A stretch of 64,000 nucleotides of DNA from Methanotrichaceae archaeon (GCA_963803145.1 CAWDLW010000030.1:55581-119580), one strand, 5' to 3'; positions 38,378 through 50,564 are shown, counted from the stretch's first letter. The notes: a model not told the origin generated them from the sequence alone. Numbers and translations: made by a program.

Positions 38378-39442
38378 TTACTTGAACCGTCTGATGAAAG
38401 ATTTGTCTATCCAGCTCTTGAGCGAATATATGAGCCTCGTCGGAGCACCAATGCATACTTTTCCGTAGACTCCCACTGCACAATCGCAACCCAGAGATAT
38501 CAGTGCAACCTGGCTATCGGTGCTGGCACGTACTGAGTACCTTTCTAGTGGCTTGCCTTCTGCCAGCCTCGTCAGGTTTTTGGCCACATGTTTTGCCTGG
38601 CGCTCTGCCTCAAGTGCGGTCTTTGTTGCCAGCTTTCCATCGATCTCTATCCAGGCACAATCACCGATTGCAAATGTATCGTTTGTGGCAAGAAGATAGG
38701 AATCCGCCGCAATCCAGCCATTCTTCTTCGGCATATCCAGATTTTGAATGAACTCAGGCGGCTTTACTCCCGCAGTCCAGATTGCCATGTCGCAATCCAA
38801 TGATGAGCCGTCTGTGAAGAGTATGCTGTCCTCCTTAACCTCACTTATCATAGCAGATGTGAGGACATTGACACCCTTTTTGGATAATGCATTCTCAATC
38901 AGCTTTGATGTTGCAGGTGAGAACTGCGGAAGCACGCGATCCTTGGCCTCGATTACATAAATGCTTGCATCAAGACCTTCTGTGAGGACGCATGCTGTCT
39001 CAATGCCTGTCAATCCGGATCCTATTATCATTATCCTCTCAGGATACCTATCCTCAACGAATCTCCTTGCCCTTTTGGTCTCCTCGAGTGTGCTGATGGA
39101 AAATGTATGCTCAATGCCCTTTAGGCCGAAGTAATTCTGGGCAGCTCCAACAGCGATTACAAGCAGATCATAATCCACCCGGGCGTTCTCACAGATTACG
39201 GTCTTATCCTCAAGCCGCAATGCTTTTTCTCCAATAAGCTTGGCGCCGACACGATCGCAGAAAGGCTTGAGGGGTGCAGTTAGCTCCTGAAGCCGCGCTA
39301 ATCCGCCCAGGTATTCAGGATAAAGAGCCTGAAGCTCAATGTTCCTCTTGGGCTCCAGAAGTGTGAACTCAATTGGCCCAGGCGTTGCTACTCTGATCAG
39401 CTCGGCACCTGCTACACCTCCGCCAACGACCGCGACCTTCAT
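38378..39442 (-). CDS. NAD(P)/FAD-dependent oxidoreductase, paralog of 28958-30049
   Basis: Shares AGAELIRVA, QALYPEY, APLKPFCDRVGA, LDCDMAIWT, ASTD..VALIS, WIDKSFI. Confidence 0.9.
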   Translation of the reverse strand: MKVAVVGGGVAGAELIRVATPGPIEFTLLEPKRNIELQALYPEYLGGLARLQELTAPLKPFCDRVGAKLIGEKALRLEDKTVICENARVDYDLLVIAVGAAQNYFGLKGIEHTFSISTLEETKRARRFVEDRYPERIMIIGSGLTGIETACVLTEGLDASIYVIEAKDRVLPQFSPATSKLIENALSKKGVNVLTSAMISEVKEDSILFTDGSSLDCDMAIWTAGVKPPEFIQNLDMPKKNGWIAADSYLLATNDTFAIGDCAWIEIDGKLATKTALEAERQAKHVAKNLTRLAEGKPLERYSVRASTDSQVALISLGCDCAVGVYGKVCIGAPTRLIYSLKSWIDKSFIRRFK

Positions 39443-39575
39443 TTCATCCTCGGCATATAAACAAGAAAAATGAGAGTTGAAGCATTAAACTTATTCCATA
39501 ACGAATAAAATTGAACTTCAAAGGTTGCTGCTAATTAAAATAGAGCCAACAAGAAGTAGCAGTAATGGTGCAGAT

Positions 39576-40019
39576 ATGATCACAGTTTGCTTTGATGGAC
39601 TTTGCTACCCCAAGAACCCATGCGGCGTTGCAGCCTATGGATACCTTATTTATCGCGATAACCGGCTTATGCACAAAGGCTTCGGAGCTGTCGGCGAAGG
39701 AAAGGGAATGACAAACAACGTCGCTGAGTATGAGGGCCTGAAGGCCGCAGCGCAATGGCTCAAGGATAACAAAATAAATGAGAAGACAATTATAAAGGGC
39801 GACTCTCAGCTTGTGATAAAGCAGATGAAGGGCGAATGGGAAGTAAACTCCACAACATCAAAAAAGTATGTCCCTCAGATAAAGCGATTGCTTGAAGGCA
39901 TGGATGTCAGCTTCATCTGGACGCCCAGAGAAGAGAACCAGGAGGCAGACAAGCTATCAAGGGTGGCTTACGAAAGGTATAAAAGTCAAAAGCAGAATCT
40001 AAAGCGAGCCGAATCTTGA
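39576..40019 (+). CDS. rnhA: Ribonuclease HI
   Basis: FDG..NP, TNNVAEY, GDSQLVIKQM.G.W, PREEN.EAD.L. Confidence 0.92.
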   Translation: MITVCFDGLCYPKNPCGVAAYGYLIYRDNRLMHKGFGAVGEGKGMTNNVAEYEGLKAAAQWLKDNKINEKTIIKGDSQLVIKQMKGEWEVNSTTSKKYVPQIKRLLEGMDVSFIWTPREENQEADKLSRVAYERYKSQKQNLKRAES

Positions 40020-40188
40020 TTATTTTCCAGTGTGCCCAATGCCACTCACAGGGGCGAGTAGTTGAGATAAGAATTAAAATATATTCCTATGTAGTTGCAT
40101 GTAACGGATAGATAACGTACTTTCAGTGATATCACTATCAGGGTGATTACGTTTGGAGGTATATCTTTTATTTAAAAACTATCAGCCC

Positions 40189-41142
40189 TTAATCTCCTAC
40201 CTTCGCATACTCCTTTGCCCAATAAGTGATTATCATATCTGCGCCAGCTCTTTTTATGGATGTTAAAGCCTCAAGGAATGCTGCATTCTCATTCAGCCAT
40301 CCATTTTGTGCGGCCGCCATTATCATCGAATATTCGCCGCTGACATGATAGGCGGCTGTGGGCATCCCGAAAGTATCCTTGACAGCCCGAATTATATCCA
40401 GATAAGGCATAGCAGGCTTAACCATGACCATATCAGCGCCCTCCTCGATATCGAGCTGGACTTCCCATATAGCCTCAGCCGCGTTCGCAGGGTTCATCTG
40501 ATATCCTTTTCTATCTCCAAAGGCAAAACCGGATTCTGCCGCCTCGCGGAATGGGCCGTAGAAGGTCGAAGCATACTTGGCAGCATACGATAAGATGGGT
40601 GTATCGATGTAACCATCGATGTCAAGGGATGCGCGTATGGCCTGAACCATATGATCCATCATGCCGCTTGGCGCTATGATATCGGCGCCGGCATCAGCCT
40701 GGCTCACGGCGATCTCGCCCAGGATCGGCAAGGTTTCATCATTCAGCACCTTGTCCCCGCTGATTAGGCCGCAGTGGCCATGGCTTGTATACTCACACAG
40801 ACAGAGATCTGTTATTACTACTAGGTCCGTTGTCTCCTTTATCCGCCTCACAGCCTTCTGTATAATGCCATGAGAGTCATAGGCAGCAGATCCGACCTCA
40901 TCCTTCTGCGATGGAAGGCCGAAGAGCAATACTGCAGGAATTCCCAGATCCTCTAGCTCGCCTGCCTCAGATGAGATGCTTTCCAAACTCTGTCTGAACT
41001 GACCGGGCATAGAATCTATTGCCTTGGGCTCCGTGATCCTCTCATCAACGAAGATAGGCTGGATCATATTTTTCTTAGAAAGCCTTGTCTCAGCTACCAT
41101 TTCGCGAATTTTAGGCTGGCGAAGCCTTCTCATTCTTCGCAT
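40189..41142 (-). CDS. hemB: Porphobilinogen synthase
   Basis: [37 protein letters not shown]. Confidence 0.97.
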   Translation of the reverse strand: MRRMRRLRQPKIREMVAETRLSKKNMIQPIFVDERITEPKAIDSMPGQFRQSLESISSEAGELEDLGIPAVLLFGLPSQKDEVGSAAYDSHGIIQKAVRRIKETTDLVVITDLCLCEYTSHGHCGLISGDKVLNDETLPILGEIAVSQADAGADIIAPSGMMDHMVQAIRASLDIDGYIDTPILSYAAKYASTFYGPFREAAESGFAFGDRKGYQMNPANAAEAIWEVQLDIEEGADMVMVKPAMPYLDIIRAVKDTFGMPTAAYHVSGEYSMIMAAAQNGWLNENAAFLEALTSIKRAGADMIITYWAKEYAKVGD

Positions 41143-42393
41143 TTAGTTCCCCTCCGACTCCAGCTTGAAAAGCTCAGATAACGATTTCAAAAGGGCAGAA
41201 TCCCCTCTTTCAGCCGCATCCTTCAAAGTCTTCGTAGGCTCAGACAGGAGCTTATTAACAATTGACTGGCTCATATCTCTAAGAACCTGCTGCTCAATCT
41301 CACCCAAAGTATGATAGGCGCTCAGCTTGTTCATAGCCTTCCTGCACTCGTGGTCTTTGATGACCTCTGCCTGAGAATAAAGGATCGCTAGTAAATCCTC
41401 AGCCTGCTTTCTTTTATACTTGGCCTTGAGAAGATTAAACTCTTCATCTATGATTCCCTCCACCTTCTCTATCTCAGCCATCCTCTGCCTCATGTTCTCG
41501 CTGCTTATGCGTTTTAAGCTATCTATGTTATGAAGCTCGACGCCTCTGACCTCGGAGGCCGATTCCTCAATATCCCTGGGGTTGGCGATATCAATCAGGA
41601 GGAGCTGCTTATCTCGGCCTTGCATTGCCGTTTCAATATCCTCCTTTAGAAGGATATAATGCGGCGCTGTGGTTGCGCTGATCACTACATCGGCAGTCTT
41701 GAGCTGATTTCTCATATCCTCAAAGGGTATCGCAGTGCCCCCGAGACGTCCTGCCAGGTCTTCCGCAGAGGCGAATGTTCTATTTGTGACATATAGAGAG
41801 CCAACATTCTTTGCCATGAGCGCTTTTGATATAAGCTCGCCTGTATCTCCCGCACCAATCACAAGAACGGTCTTGCCTAACAAGTCTCCAAGGATCTCCT
41901 CAGCCAGATCAACTGCCGCAGAGCCTACTGATATGGACCTCTCGTTTATTCTTGTCTCCTTACGCACTCGTTTGCCTACCTGTATGGCCTTCTTGAAGGC
42001 AGTCTCGAGCATCCAGCCTGTTGCCTCGGCCTTCTTGGCCATGTCAAAGAGCATTTTCATCTGGCCCAGGATCTGGTCTTCACCTATTATCATGGATTCA
42101 AGACCAGAGGCCAGCCTGAGAAGATGAAGCAATGACTCATCGTGATCATGAAAATCGATTATTCTAGAGGATACACGCGCCTTCTTTGCCAGATCGAATA
42201 GAGTCTTGCTGCCCCGAGGTGATACAACATATATCTCGACCCTGTTACAGGTCTTTAGTACCGCGCACTCCTCTACGAGTTCGCTTGAGAGCACCCATTT
42301 GAGCATGGTTTCAACATCGCCATGCCATGCCTTCTCAATCTCATCTATCGAGGCCTTGCGATGGGTCACCAGCATCGAGGCTATTTCGCTCAT
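41143..42393 (-). CDS. hemA: Glutamyl-tRNA reductase
   Basis: TCNRVEIY, SGLESM..GE.QILGQ, GAG, DIANPRD. Confidence 0.97.
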   Translation of the reverse strand: MSEIASMLVTHRKASIDEIEKAWHGDVETMLKWVLSSELVEECAVLKTCNRVEIYVVSPRGSKTLFDLAKKARVSSRIIDFHDHDESLLHLLRLASGLESMIIGEDQILGQMKMLFDMAKKAEATGWMLETAFKKAIQVGKRVRKETRINERSISVGSAAVDLAEEILGDLLGKTVLVIGAGDTGELISKALMAKNVGSLYVTNRTFASAEDLAGRLGGTAIPFEDMRNQLKTADVVISATTAPHYILLKEDIETAMQGRDKQLLLIDIANPRDIEESASEVRGVELHNIDSLKRISSENMRQRMAEIEKVEGIIDEEFNLLKAKYKRKQAEDLLAILYSQAEVIKDHECRKAMNKLSAYHTLGEIEQQVLRDMSQSIVNKLLSEPTKTLKDAAERGDSALLKSLSELFKLESEGN

Positions 42394-43027
42394 TCAAAGA
42401 CACCTGTTCGCGAGCCTTAATATAGGCCTTTTCATAGGACTCGTCTAGAAGCCTCCAGATCTCATCGTTAGATAGAACGAGCCAGATCCTTCGGGACCGT
42501 TCTTTTTGGTCTGGCACAGATCTCTTTAGATCATCTCTGATCCGCCCCAAGAGCTTTGCCATCCCCTGAAAGTTTCCGGTAAGCTCCTTCTCAAGTCTCA
42601 GCCTAAGGTATTTTGATAATGCAGGGCTTTCTGTCGATATTGCGATAGTTATCGGCTCTTTTCGGATAATGGAAGGAACGACTATATCCCCAATTCCATC
42701 CACACTATTTACAAGCACGCCGAGATCCTCGGCCCTCCGTTCTATTTTCCTGTTGAGTTCAATATCGTTTGTCGCTGGCACTGCTATGAATGCGCCCTTA
42801 AGATAATCATCATAGCCTTCGCATAAATCGGCCCTGATAAGCTTTACAGTCCCGGCCTTCTCCATTTGCATGAGACCATCAGTAAAGCCTTTGCTCACAA
42901 CAGAGACGTGCGCGTATTCTGAAAAAAGCTTAGCCTTATGTTCACCTATTCTGCCCCCACCAAATACAACGACTGTCTTTGATTCCAAGTCCAAAAAAAG
43001 GGGCAAGAGCTTTTTTGAGGTCTGCAT
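42341..43027 (-). CDS. sirC: Precorrin-2 dehydrogenase (SirC/CysG-N)
   Basis: PLFLDL, GGG.IG..K, AT...LN, VN.VD..PS, AIST..PAL. Confidence 0.9.
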   Translation of the reverse strand: MQTSKKLLPLFLDLESKTVVVFGGGRIGEHKAKLFSEYAHVSVVSKGFTDGLMQMEKAGTVKLIRADLCEGYDDYLKGAFIAVPATNDIELNRKIERRAEDLGVLVNSVDGIGDIVVPSIIRKEPITIAISTESPALSKYLRLRLEKELTGNFQGMAKLLGRIRDDLKRSVPDQKERSRRIWLVLSNDEIWRLLDESYEKAYIKAREQVSLNERNSLDAGDPSQGLDR

Positions 43028-43048
43028 TCAATTTCCCTATCGATTCTT

Positions 43049-43507
43049 CTAAACTCTAGCGCTCGTCTTCTTGTACTCCCTCTCGCTGAAGAGGATGTTG
43101 AAGTCATTTATACCGGATGCCCTCGACAGTTCATTTGCAATTTCAATGCATTCCTCCTTGCTTCTGGAGTGAACCATCGTATAGAGATTATAGGGCCAAT
43201 CAGGAGCAGTGGCACGCTCATAGCAATGGGTGACGGCCTCGAATGATGCGAAAATTTCGCCTACACGCTCTACTTCTGATGGGGGAGTCCTCCAGATGAT
43301 CATTGCATTTGCAGTTATGCCCAAAGCTCTGTGGCCTATTGTTGCGGCAAATCTCCTGATTATGCCCACCCGTTCAAGCTCTTTGAGCCTATCGATGACC
43401 TCCTCCTCGGAGATGCCGAGCATTTTGCCTAAGTGCAGATAAGGTCGATCTATCATTGCAAGGCCATCCTGGGATAACCTCAGAAGCCGGAGGTCTATTT
43501 CGTCCAT
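43049..43507 (-). CDS. ahbB: Siroheme decarboxylase subunit beta (Lrp/AsnC-like)
   Basis: H..LG..ANAM, VTHCYER..WPYNLYTMVH, FS.REYKK; heme operon context. Confidence 0.92.
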   Translation of the reverse strand: MDEIDLRLLRLSQDGLAMIDRPYLHLGKMLGISEEEVIDRLKELERVGIIRRFAATIGHRALGITANAMIIWRTPPSEVERVGEIFASFEAVTHCYERATAPDWPYNLYTMVHSRSKEECIEIANELSRASGINDFNILFSEREYKKTSARV

Positions 43508-43508
43508 C

Positions 43509-45662
43509 CTACCTCCAGCCGTTGGGTCTTTGAAATGGGTATCTGTCTACACCAGACGATGGGATGTTTCTGGCAGCCGTCCCTGGATTGCCCTGCACGG
43601 CAATGTCGCTCCAGTAGTTTCCTCCGACCTTTGGGCCGGCATCCCATCTGTTATCTCCATTATCCGCAGCATTCTGTATTTTGTTGTCTATGAAGATGTT
43701 ATGATAGAGGAAATTTCCACTGCAATCGACGAGATTGGCACCGGATATGCCGTTCATGGCAAACTTATTATCGGTAATGTTGCATTTAGAGGAGGCGCTC
43801 ATCCGGAGCCCATAATGATCATTGCTGTTAAGGCTATTGCTCTTCAGTACGAGTCCCTTTGAAGATTGTATGAAAATGCCTTGACCATTTCCAATCGCGA
43901 TATTTCCTGTAACCTCTGCACCTGATAGCTGCATGAAGGAGAAGCCATACTGAATGTTTTCACTGGCATTGTTAGCCGAAAGTATACAGGCATTTGAGCC
44001 AGAAAGATCTATGCCTTTGTCATTTGAGGAGACTGTATTTCCCCGAAGTATGCACTTATGAGAGCTGCTCAACATTATACCCGTGCCTTTATTCATTTTA
44101 GAGCTGGAGTCTAATAGATTACAAAGCCTTGAATTGAGAACAGATATTCCTTCATTGTTTAATAATGCATTCGAGGATTTAAGGGTAATATTAAGAGCAC
44201 TATCTATTCTGATACCATTGTCAGTGCAATTTGCTGCTGAGCTATCATCAATTATACCATCAATCGATCCCTTTGACAGCAGTCCTGTCTTGCATACATT
44301 TGCGGCGCAGTCTCTTATCGACCAGAGAGCGCTGTTGAGAAGATAAAATCCATATTCACTCTTGTAGACGTTGCTGTTCTCAATACCGCAGCCTGTGGAG
44401 TTTACGAGCAGAATTCCAGCGCTGCTGTTGGATATACTTTGGTTTGATATCCTGATATTACTGCATCCAATAAGGCTTACACTGCTGTAGTTCCGCGAAA
44501 CGTAGCCACCGCTTAAATTTACAAGATAACAGACTGGCCTACCATCTGCCAGATTGGAATCATCTATTCTCTGATCGAAGAAATCCCTTGCCGACTTTGC
44601 CAAAGCAACGCTCGATACCTCGCCGGGATCAACACGCAGGTTATAGATGTTCCCGTTCATCAAATTCTCACGCAAAAGATTATTCGTTGATCCTCTAAGC
44701 GAAATGCCATATGTATTTTTGAGCGCCTTATTCCTTAAAAGCAAGTTTTCCACTGAGCTCGCAATAAGTATCCCGTCACCATTGCTGGAAAGCTCATTGC
44801 CTGTGATTTCATTTTCGGAGGAGCCGTCCAGGTATATCCCTGCCCGCTCATTTCTTCCGCATGAGTTATTGATAACCTCGTTACCCCAGGACTGCCTTAG
44901 GCTGATTCCGAGTTTGCTATCTTGAATGCTATTGTTCGAGATGCTATTCCCTGAGGAGTCAGCTATATCCATGCCGCTCACGTAAGAGCCTGACAAATTA
45001 TTATTTGAAATTCGATTTGCCTTCGAGCTTGAAATCGAGAGCCCAAATCCTATGCCTGAAAGGCTGTTGTTCTCGATAATATTCCCATCTGAGGATTTGA
45101 TATTAATGCCTGTTGCAGATAATATTTTACAGCCTTTGATTGTGTCATTTGAGACGCCGTTTATTCTTATCCCCATATCACCGCTAAATGTAGTATTAAT
45201 GACGACACATTTTTGGCTGGTCAGATCTATGCCAGTGGCTGAATTAATGTGGCTATCTTGAACGGTATTGTTTGCTTCCATTATGGCAATACCTGTAGAG
45301 CTACCCTGCACAGTACATCCGCTCAAAATGTTATCCTGTGAACTTAAGCTAATGACCTGGCCAGCGCTCCCTTCAAAGGATAGGTTCGAAATTCGGCATC
45401 CAGGAGAATTGATAATAAGAGCGCCATCTGTGTCCCCTGTTATTTTTACCGGGCCAACGCCTGATATCGAGAGGCTACGACTGACGACTGCACCTGCATA
45501 ATTTCCGGGCTTAATCAGGATGCTGTCTCCGGAGCTCGCTAAATCTATAGCCCCAGATAATGTCTTTGAATTGCCTGAGCCTGCATAGTCCACTATCAAT
45601 ACCTTGCCCTCAGATAAAGAGACGAGCAGGATAAAGACGATGATTGGTAACAGCCTTTTCAT
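43509..45662 (-). CDS. Secreted NosD-like parallel beta-helix protein
   Basis: Signal peptide; many GI.L..S..N.I..N repeats; GGNYWSD..DRYP tail. Confidence 0.88.
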   Translation of the reverse strand: MKRLLPIIVFILLVSLSEGKVLIVDYAGSGNSKTLSGAIDLASSGDSILIKPGNYAGAVVSRSLSISGVGPVKITGDTDGALIINSPGCRISNLSFEGSAGQVISLSSQDNILSGCTVQGSSTGIAIMEANNTVQDSHINSATGIDLTSQKCVVINTTFSGDMGIRINGVSNDTIKGCKILSATGINIKSSDGNIIENNSLSGIGFGLSISSSKANRISNNNLSGSYVSGMDIADSSGNSISNNSIQDSKLGISLRQSWGNEVINNSCGRNERAGIYLDGSSENEITGNELSSNGDGILIASSVENLLLRNKALKNTYGISLRGSTNNLLRENLMNGNIYNLRVDPGEVSSVALAKSARDFFDQRIDDSNLADGRPVCYLVNLSGGYVSRNYSSVSLIGCSNIRISNQSISNSSAGILLVNSTGCGIENSNVYKSEYGFYLLNSALWSIRDCAANVCKTGLLSKGSIDGIIDDSSAANCTDNGIRIDSALNITLKSSNALLNNEGISVLNSRLCNLLDSSSKMNKGTGIMLSSSHKCILRGNTVSSNDKGIDLSGSNACILSANNASENIQYGFSFMQLSGAEVTGNIAIGNGQGIFIQSSKGLVLKSNSLNSNDHYGLRMSASSKCNITDNKFAMNGISGANLVDCSGNFLYHNIFIDNKIQNAADNGDNRWDAGPKVGGNYWSDIAVQGNPGTAARNIPSSGVDRYPFQRPNGWR

Positions 45663-45925
45663 CCTGGAGGGACTAGGATTTACAACGTATTATTTATAAC
45701 GGTATGCAGGCACGATTCCGCTTCCTTAGGTAAAATTGCATTCTTATTACATTCTGAGTGCATACCTGCCATTTGATATCACTAGATTACTAACTTTTCC
45801 CAGACACATTTTGCTCTTGTCGGCCATACGTTATGGCCTCGCATGTTACTTGATGCCATGCAGCATCGGGAAAGGTAGAAATATTCAAATCTAATATGTT
45901 TATCTAGGGTATAGGACGGGTCAGG

Positions 45926-47200
45926 ATGGTAGAGCCTTATCGAATTCTAATTATAGAGGACGATCCGGAGCATGCTGAGCTCATAAAAATGGGCTTTAGA
46001 AAGCATGATGAGTTCTTTCTGGATTTCGCAGAAACAGGAGAAGCCGGCTTGGAGATGATCTCCGACGGCAAATACAATCTCATCTCAGTTGACCTCGTGC
46101 TGCCTGGAATTGGCGGCCTGGATGTGCTGGTCAGGATCCGGAAACTAGATCCTGACATCCCAGTTGTTATGGTTTCCGGCCATGGCACAACAGAGATGGC
46201 GGTCATTGCCTTCGAGAACAGGGCGACAAAGTATGTCGTCAAGAGCATGGAGAGCTTCAAAAGTCTGCCATATATATTCGAGAACCTGATACAGGAGGCA
46301 AGGTTCAAGGCTAATGAGCGAAAGATGAGTGAGCAGATAGAGAGATCTGAGAGAATCCACAGGAACGTATTTGAAAATGCCCTTGCAGGCATCTATATCC
46401 TTCAGGATGGCCTTTTCAGGCTGGTAAATCCAAAGCTTGGAGAGATCTTTGGCTGTGCACCTGAAAGCCTAATAGGCACGCCATTCTGGCAGCTCGTCAG
46501 CCCGGATGATATGGAATGCGTGAGCAAGCTTGAAAGAGATAAAGAGGGTCCTGCGCCTATCTACGAGTCGCGTGTTATGCGCAAGGATGGAACCACGCGC
46601 TGGATTGAGTTCAGAACTGTCCCCATAGAGTTCGAAGGTCGTAGGGCAATCCTTGGAAATCTCGTGGATATCACTCAGCGGAAGGAGCAGGAGATTGAAC
46701 TCTTCAGGGACAACAGAGAGCTGGCTGCGATAAATAGCATTTTAATTAGGATAGCTAAGCCTGAAGGCAACACGGACAAGGCACTCGGAGATTCTCTATC
46801 GGATTTGATCTCAAGCATGGAGAATGCTGAGATAGGCGGAATATTCCTTCAAGAGGGGGAAGGACTTGTACTCAGAGCACTATTCGGCTCGATTGAAGAT
46901 CTCATGAGCTTCACAAAGGATCTGGAATCTGACACATTGCTCAGTTCGCCTAAGATACATAAACAAAAGGATGAGAATGATTACCTCTGGGTATCTGTGC
47001 CCATAAAATGCAACGATAAGGTACAAGGCGCAATAATCATCGCATCTCTAGCATCCGATGGCAATAAGGCTCAGTCTTTTCTGGAGAAGGCTGCTTCACA
47101 TATAGGACACCTCATCGAGGTCTGTGGCCTTCAGACTCATACGCAATCGGCTGAAGATAATCTGTTACAGCAGGTCCAAACAGGCAATATGCAGGAATAA
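45926..47200 (+). CDS. Response regulator: REC-PAS-(GAF-like)
   Basis: ILIIEDD, DLVLPG..GLD, SG.G, KYVVK; PAS RKDG..RWI..DITQRK. Confidence 0.88.
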   Translation: MVEPYRILIIEDDPEHAELIKMGFRKHDEFFLDFAETGEAGLEMISDGKYNLISVDLVLPGIGGLDVLVRIRKLDPDIPVVMVSGHGTTEMAVIAFENRATKYVVKSMESFKSLPYIFENLIQEARFKANERKMSEQIERSERIHRNVFENALAGIYILQDGLFRLVNPKLGEIFGCAPESLIGTPFWQLVSPDDMECVSKLERDKEGPAPIYESRVMRKDGTTRWIEFRTVPIEFEGRRAILGNLVDITQRKEQEIELFRDNRELAAINSILIRIAKPEGNTDKALGDSLSDLISSMENAEIGGIFLQEGEGLVLRALFGSIEDLMSFTKDLESDTLLSSPKIHKQKDENDYLWVSVPIKCNDKVQGAIIIASLASDGNKAQSFLEKAASHIGHLIEVCGLQTHTQSAEDNLLQQVQTGNMQE

Positions 47201-47206
47201 TTAAGG

Positions 47207-47813
<607 letters not shown>

Positions 47814-47839
<26 letters not shown>

Positions 47840-48371
47840 TGAAATCCTCCAGCCAGCTCACCTGCCCAGGAGGCCGCCTAATCTTTCCCTGAATGATCTC
47901 AACCACAAGATCTGCCGCTTCTGCAGGAGAGAAGCCCGTTGTATCTATCTCATCTACACGATCGCAGAACTCCACAGCCTCGATAAGTATGGCATCAAGC
48001 GCCTCGGCCTCTAAATTTTCTCGGATTTTTTTCTCAGAATAACCACGAGCCTGAAGCCTTTTTTTAAGCTCTTTGGGATCGAGCCTGAGCACTATCGCAG
48101 AGTTTGTAAAATAATGGGAGATATGGCCCTCGATGATAGTAATATCAGCGGCATCCGTTCCGTCCATGTTGTCCATGTCACCCATGTCATCCAGTTCATC
48201 CAGCCGCCTCTCCAGGCCCTCCATATCGGCCTCAAGGCAGCCCCTTTCGGGATCTATGCCCAGGTTGAGCCCGCCTTTAACCAGGGCATTTATATCTATG
48301 ATTTTGCAGGGCAAAAGGGCCGCCACAGTGCTCTTGCCGGTTCCAGGAGTGCCTGTTAAAGCTATCCGCAT
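47814..48371 (-). CDS. Adenylate kinase AK6/Fap7 family
   Basis: TGTPGTGKST, EGH.SH, RL..RGY..KI.EN.EAE. Confidence 0.92.
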
Positions 48372-49426
48372 ATCGCTCTGTAGGCCTCCAGGAAAAGATC
48401 GTTCTGCACAGGAGTTCCTACTGTAACACGCACATGATGTTCTCCTGCACCCCGGAATGACCTGCAATCCCGAATAATGATGCCCTTTCGCAGGAACTTT
48501 TCTACAACTACATCAGAGGGCTGCTTGGTCTCGATATAGAGGAAGTTTGCCTGTGATGGATGTGCTATTATCTCCATCTCAAGTCGCTCCCTTTCAGAGC
48601 GTATCATTGCGACAGATCTTCGCATATGGTCAAGGTCGCCCAGCGCGCCTATTCCTGCCGCAACTGATGCGTTAGTGATGCCAAAGAACGGGGGAGCTGC
48701 ACGTCTGTACTGGCTGGCGATCCATTCAGGCGCGACCGCATATCCGAGCCTAAGTCCAGCCAGCCCGAAAGCTTTTGACATTGTTTTGCCCACAATAAGA
48801 TTATCGTAATCCTTCACAATCCCCAGAAGGCTGTGATCTGCGAAGTCGGCATATGCTTCGTCCAGGAACACAACGCCATCAGTGCTCTCGACTATCTGCC
48901 TCAAATCCTTTTCAGAAATTGTGTTGCCTGTCGGATTATTTGGAGAGCAGATGAAAGCCATCTTAATACCCCGGGGAGTTCCCCCAGGCACACCGAACTT
49001 AGGCCCGCGCTCTGCAAATATGGGCTCAGCTCCGCATAGCCTTGTCAGGATCTCATAATAGCTGAATGTAGGGATTGGGAGGAACGTCATATCGCCCTTC
49101 TCCAGGAAGAGCCTTGTGAGGGTATCCATGACGCCATCCATTCCTGCCCCGATTATGATCATCTCAGGAGGATAGCCTGTATATCTCGAAAGCGATTCTA
49201 TCAGCTCTTCCGGCTCAGGATACCTCTCCGGCGAGACTTCTCGCATGGCCGCAATGGCCCTCGGGCTTGGGCCGTAGGGATTCTCATTGCTTCCAAGCTT
49301 GATTATGCTCTCAGGCACGAGCCCATACTTTCTTGATATCTCAACGTAGCCTTTGCCTGCAATATACGGCTTGAGTTGATCAAGGCATGGCCTAAGCTTA
49401 GAGCGCCTATCGAATGATATCTCCAA
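48362..49426 (-). CDS. hisC: Histidinol-phosphate aminotransferase
   Basis: KLGSNENP, SPNNPTG, DEAY, TMSKAFGLAGLRLGY. Confidence 0.93.
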   Translation of the reverse strand: MEISFDRRSKLRPCLDQLKPYIAGKGYVEISRKYGLVPESIIKLGSNENPYGPSPRAIAAMREVSPERYPEPEELIESLSRYTGYPPEMIIIGAGMDGVMDTLTRLFLEKGDMTFLPIPTFSYYEILTRLCGAEPIFAERGPKFGVPGGTPRGIKMAFICSPNNPTGNTISEKDLRQIVESTDGVVFLDEAYADFADHSLLGIVKDYDNLIVGKTMSKAFGLAGLRLGYAVAPEWIASQYRRAAPPFFGITNASVAAGIGALGDLDHMRRSVAMIRSERERLEMEIIAHPSQANFLYIETKQPSDVVVEKFLRKGIIIRDCRSFRGAGEHHVRVTVGTPVQNDLFLEAYRAICG

Positions 49427-50564
49427 TGATATCCACCACTCTATCTATCTGGTCCTTTGTGATCACCAGGGGCGGAACCAGCCTTATTGTGTGATCGCCT
49501 GTATTGTTGAGCAGGACACCGTTCTCCCTGGCCTTTTGAACTACAGCTTTGCAATCGGCGCTCAAATCAAGGCCGATCATAAGACCCAGTCCCCGGATCT
49601 CTTGCGGCTGCAGCCTCTTCAGCTCAGATCTCATGTAGGCTCCAAGCTCCTCTGACCTCTGAACAAGCTTCTCACGCTTTATCACTTCTATCGCTGCCAG
49701 GGCAGATGCGCTCACAAGGGCTCCGCCTGCAAAGGTGGATGCATGATCCCCGCGCTGAAACGCCTCAGAGACTCCCTCAGCCGCGAGCATTGCCCCCATC
49801 GGCAGGCCTCCGGCCAGAGCCTTAGCCAGAGTCATTATATCTGGCTGAACACCTGAGTGTTCCTTTCCAAACCATTTGCCAGTACGGCCGAAGCCTGTCT
49901 GAACCTCATCGAAGATCAGCAATGCTTCCAAATCATCGCAGATCTGGCGAGCTGCATGCAGATAACCATTATCGGGCACGTACACTCCCGCCTCGCCCTG
50001 AACAGGCTCAAGTATGACGGCACCAGTCTCGCGAGTTACGGCAGCTTTTAGGGCCTCTGTATCATTGTAAGGCACAAACTTCGCCTCGTTCAATGGCCTG
50101 AAAGGCTCCCTGTAAATCGACTTATAGGTACATCCCAGAGCGCCAAGCGTTCTGCCGTGGAAGCAGCCTGCCGCTGCCACAACATTCGATTTCCCTGTAG
50201 CCCTGCGGGAAAGCTTCAGCGCAGCCTCGATGCTCTCTGCCCCGGAGTTGCAGAAGAATGCCTTATCCATGCCTGTCAGGCGCTTCAGCTCCTCTGCCAA
50301 GAGCACCTGGTTCTCTGTGTAGTAAAGGTTGGAGGTGTGGATGAGCATCTCAGCCTGCCTTTTTATGGCATCGACTACATCAGGGTGGCAGTGGCCCACG
50401 TTGTTGACGGCTATTCCAGCCACAAAGTCAAGATACTCTCTGCCGTCTGAATCCCAAACTGTAGCGCCTGAGCCTCTTGTGAGAACGATGGGCTGGCGGG
50501 TATAAGTCTGAAATATGGCCTCGGATTCTCTCTTGATAATATCCTCTTTATCTGTTACCGTCAT
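49407..50564 (-). CDS. argD: Acetylornithine aminotransferase
   Basis: YLDF.AGIAV..GH, NSGAE, FHGRT, EPVQGE, DEVQTG.GRTG, TLAK. Confidence 0.93.
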   Translation of the reverse strand: MTVTDKEDIIKRESEAIFQTYTRQPIVLTRGSGATVWDSDGREYLDFVAGIAVNNVGHCHPDVVDAIKRQAEMLIHTSNLYYTENQVLLAEELKRLTGMDKAFFCNSGAESIEAALKLSRRATGKSNVVAAAGCFHGRTLGALGCTYKSIYREPFRPLNEAKFVPYNDTEALKAAVTRETGAVILEPVQGEAGVYVPDNGYLHAARQICDDLEALLIFDEVQTGFGRTGKWFGKEHSGVQPDIMTLAKALAGGLPMGAMLAAEGVSEAFQRGDHASTFAGGALVSASALAAIEVIKREKLVQRSEELGAYMRSELKRLQPQEIRGLGLMIGLDLSADCKAVVQKARENGVLLNNTGDHTIRLVPPLVITKDQIDRVVDIIGDIIR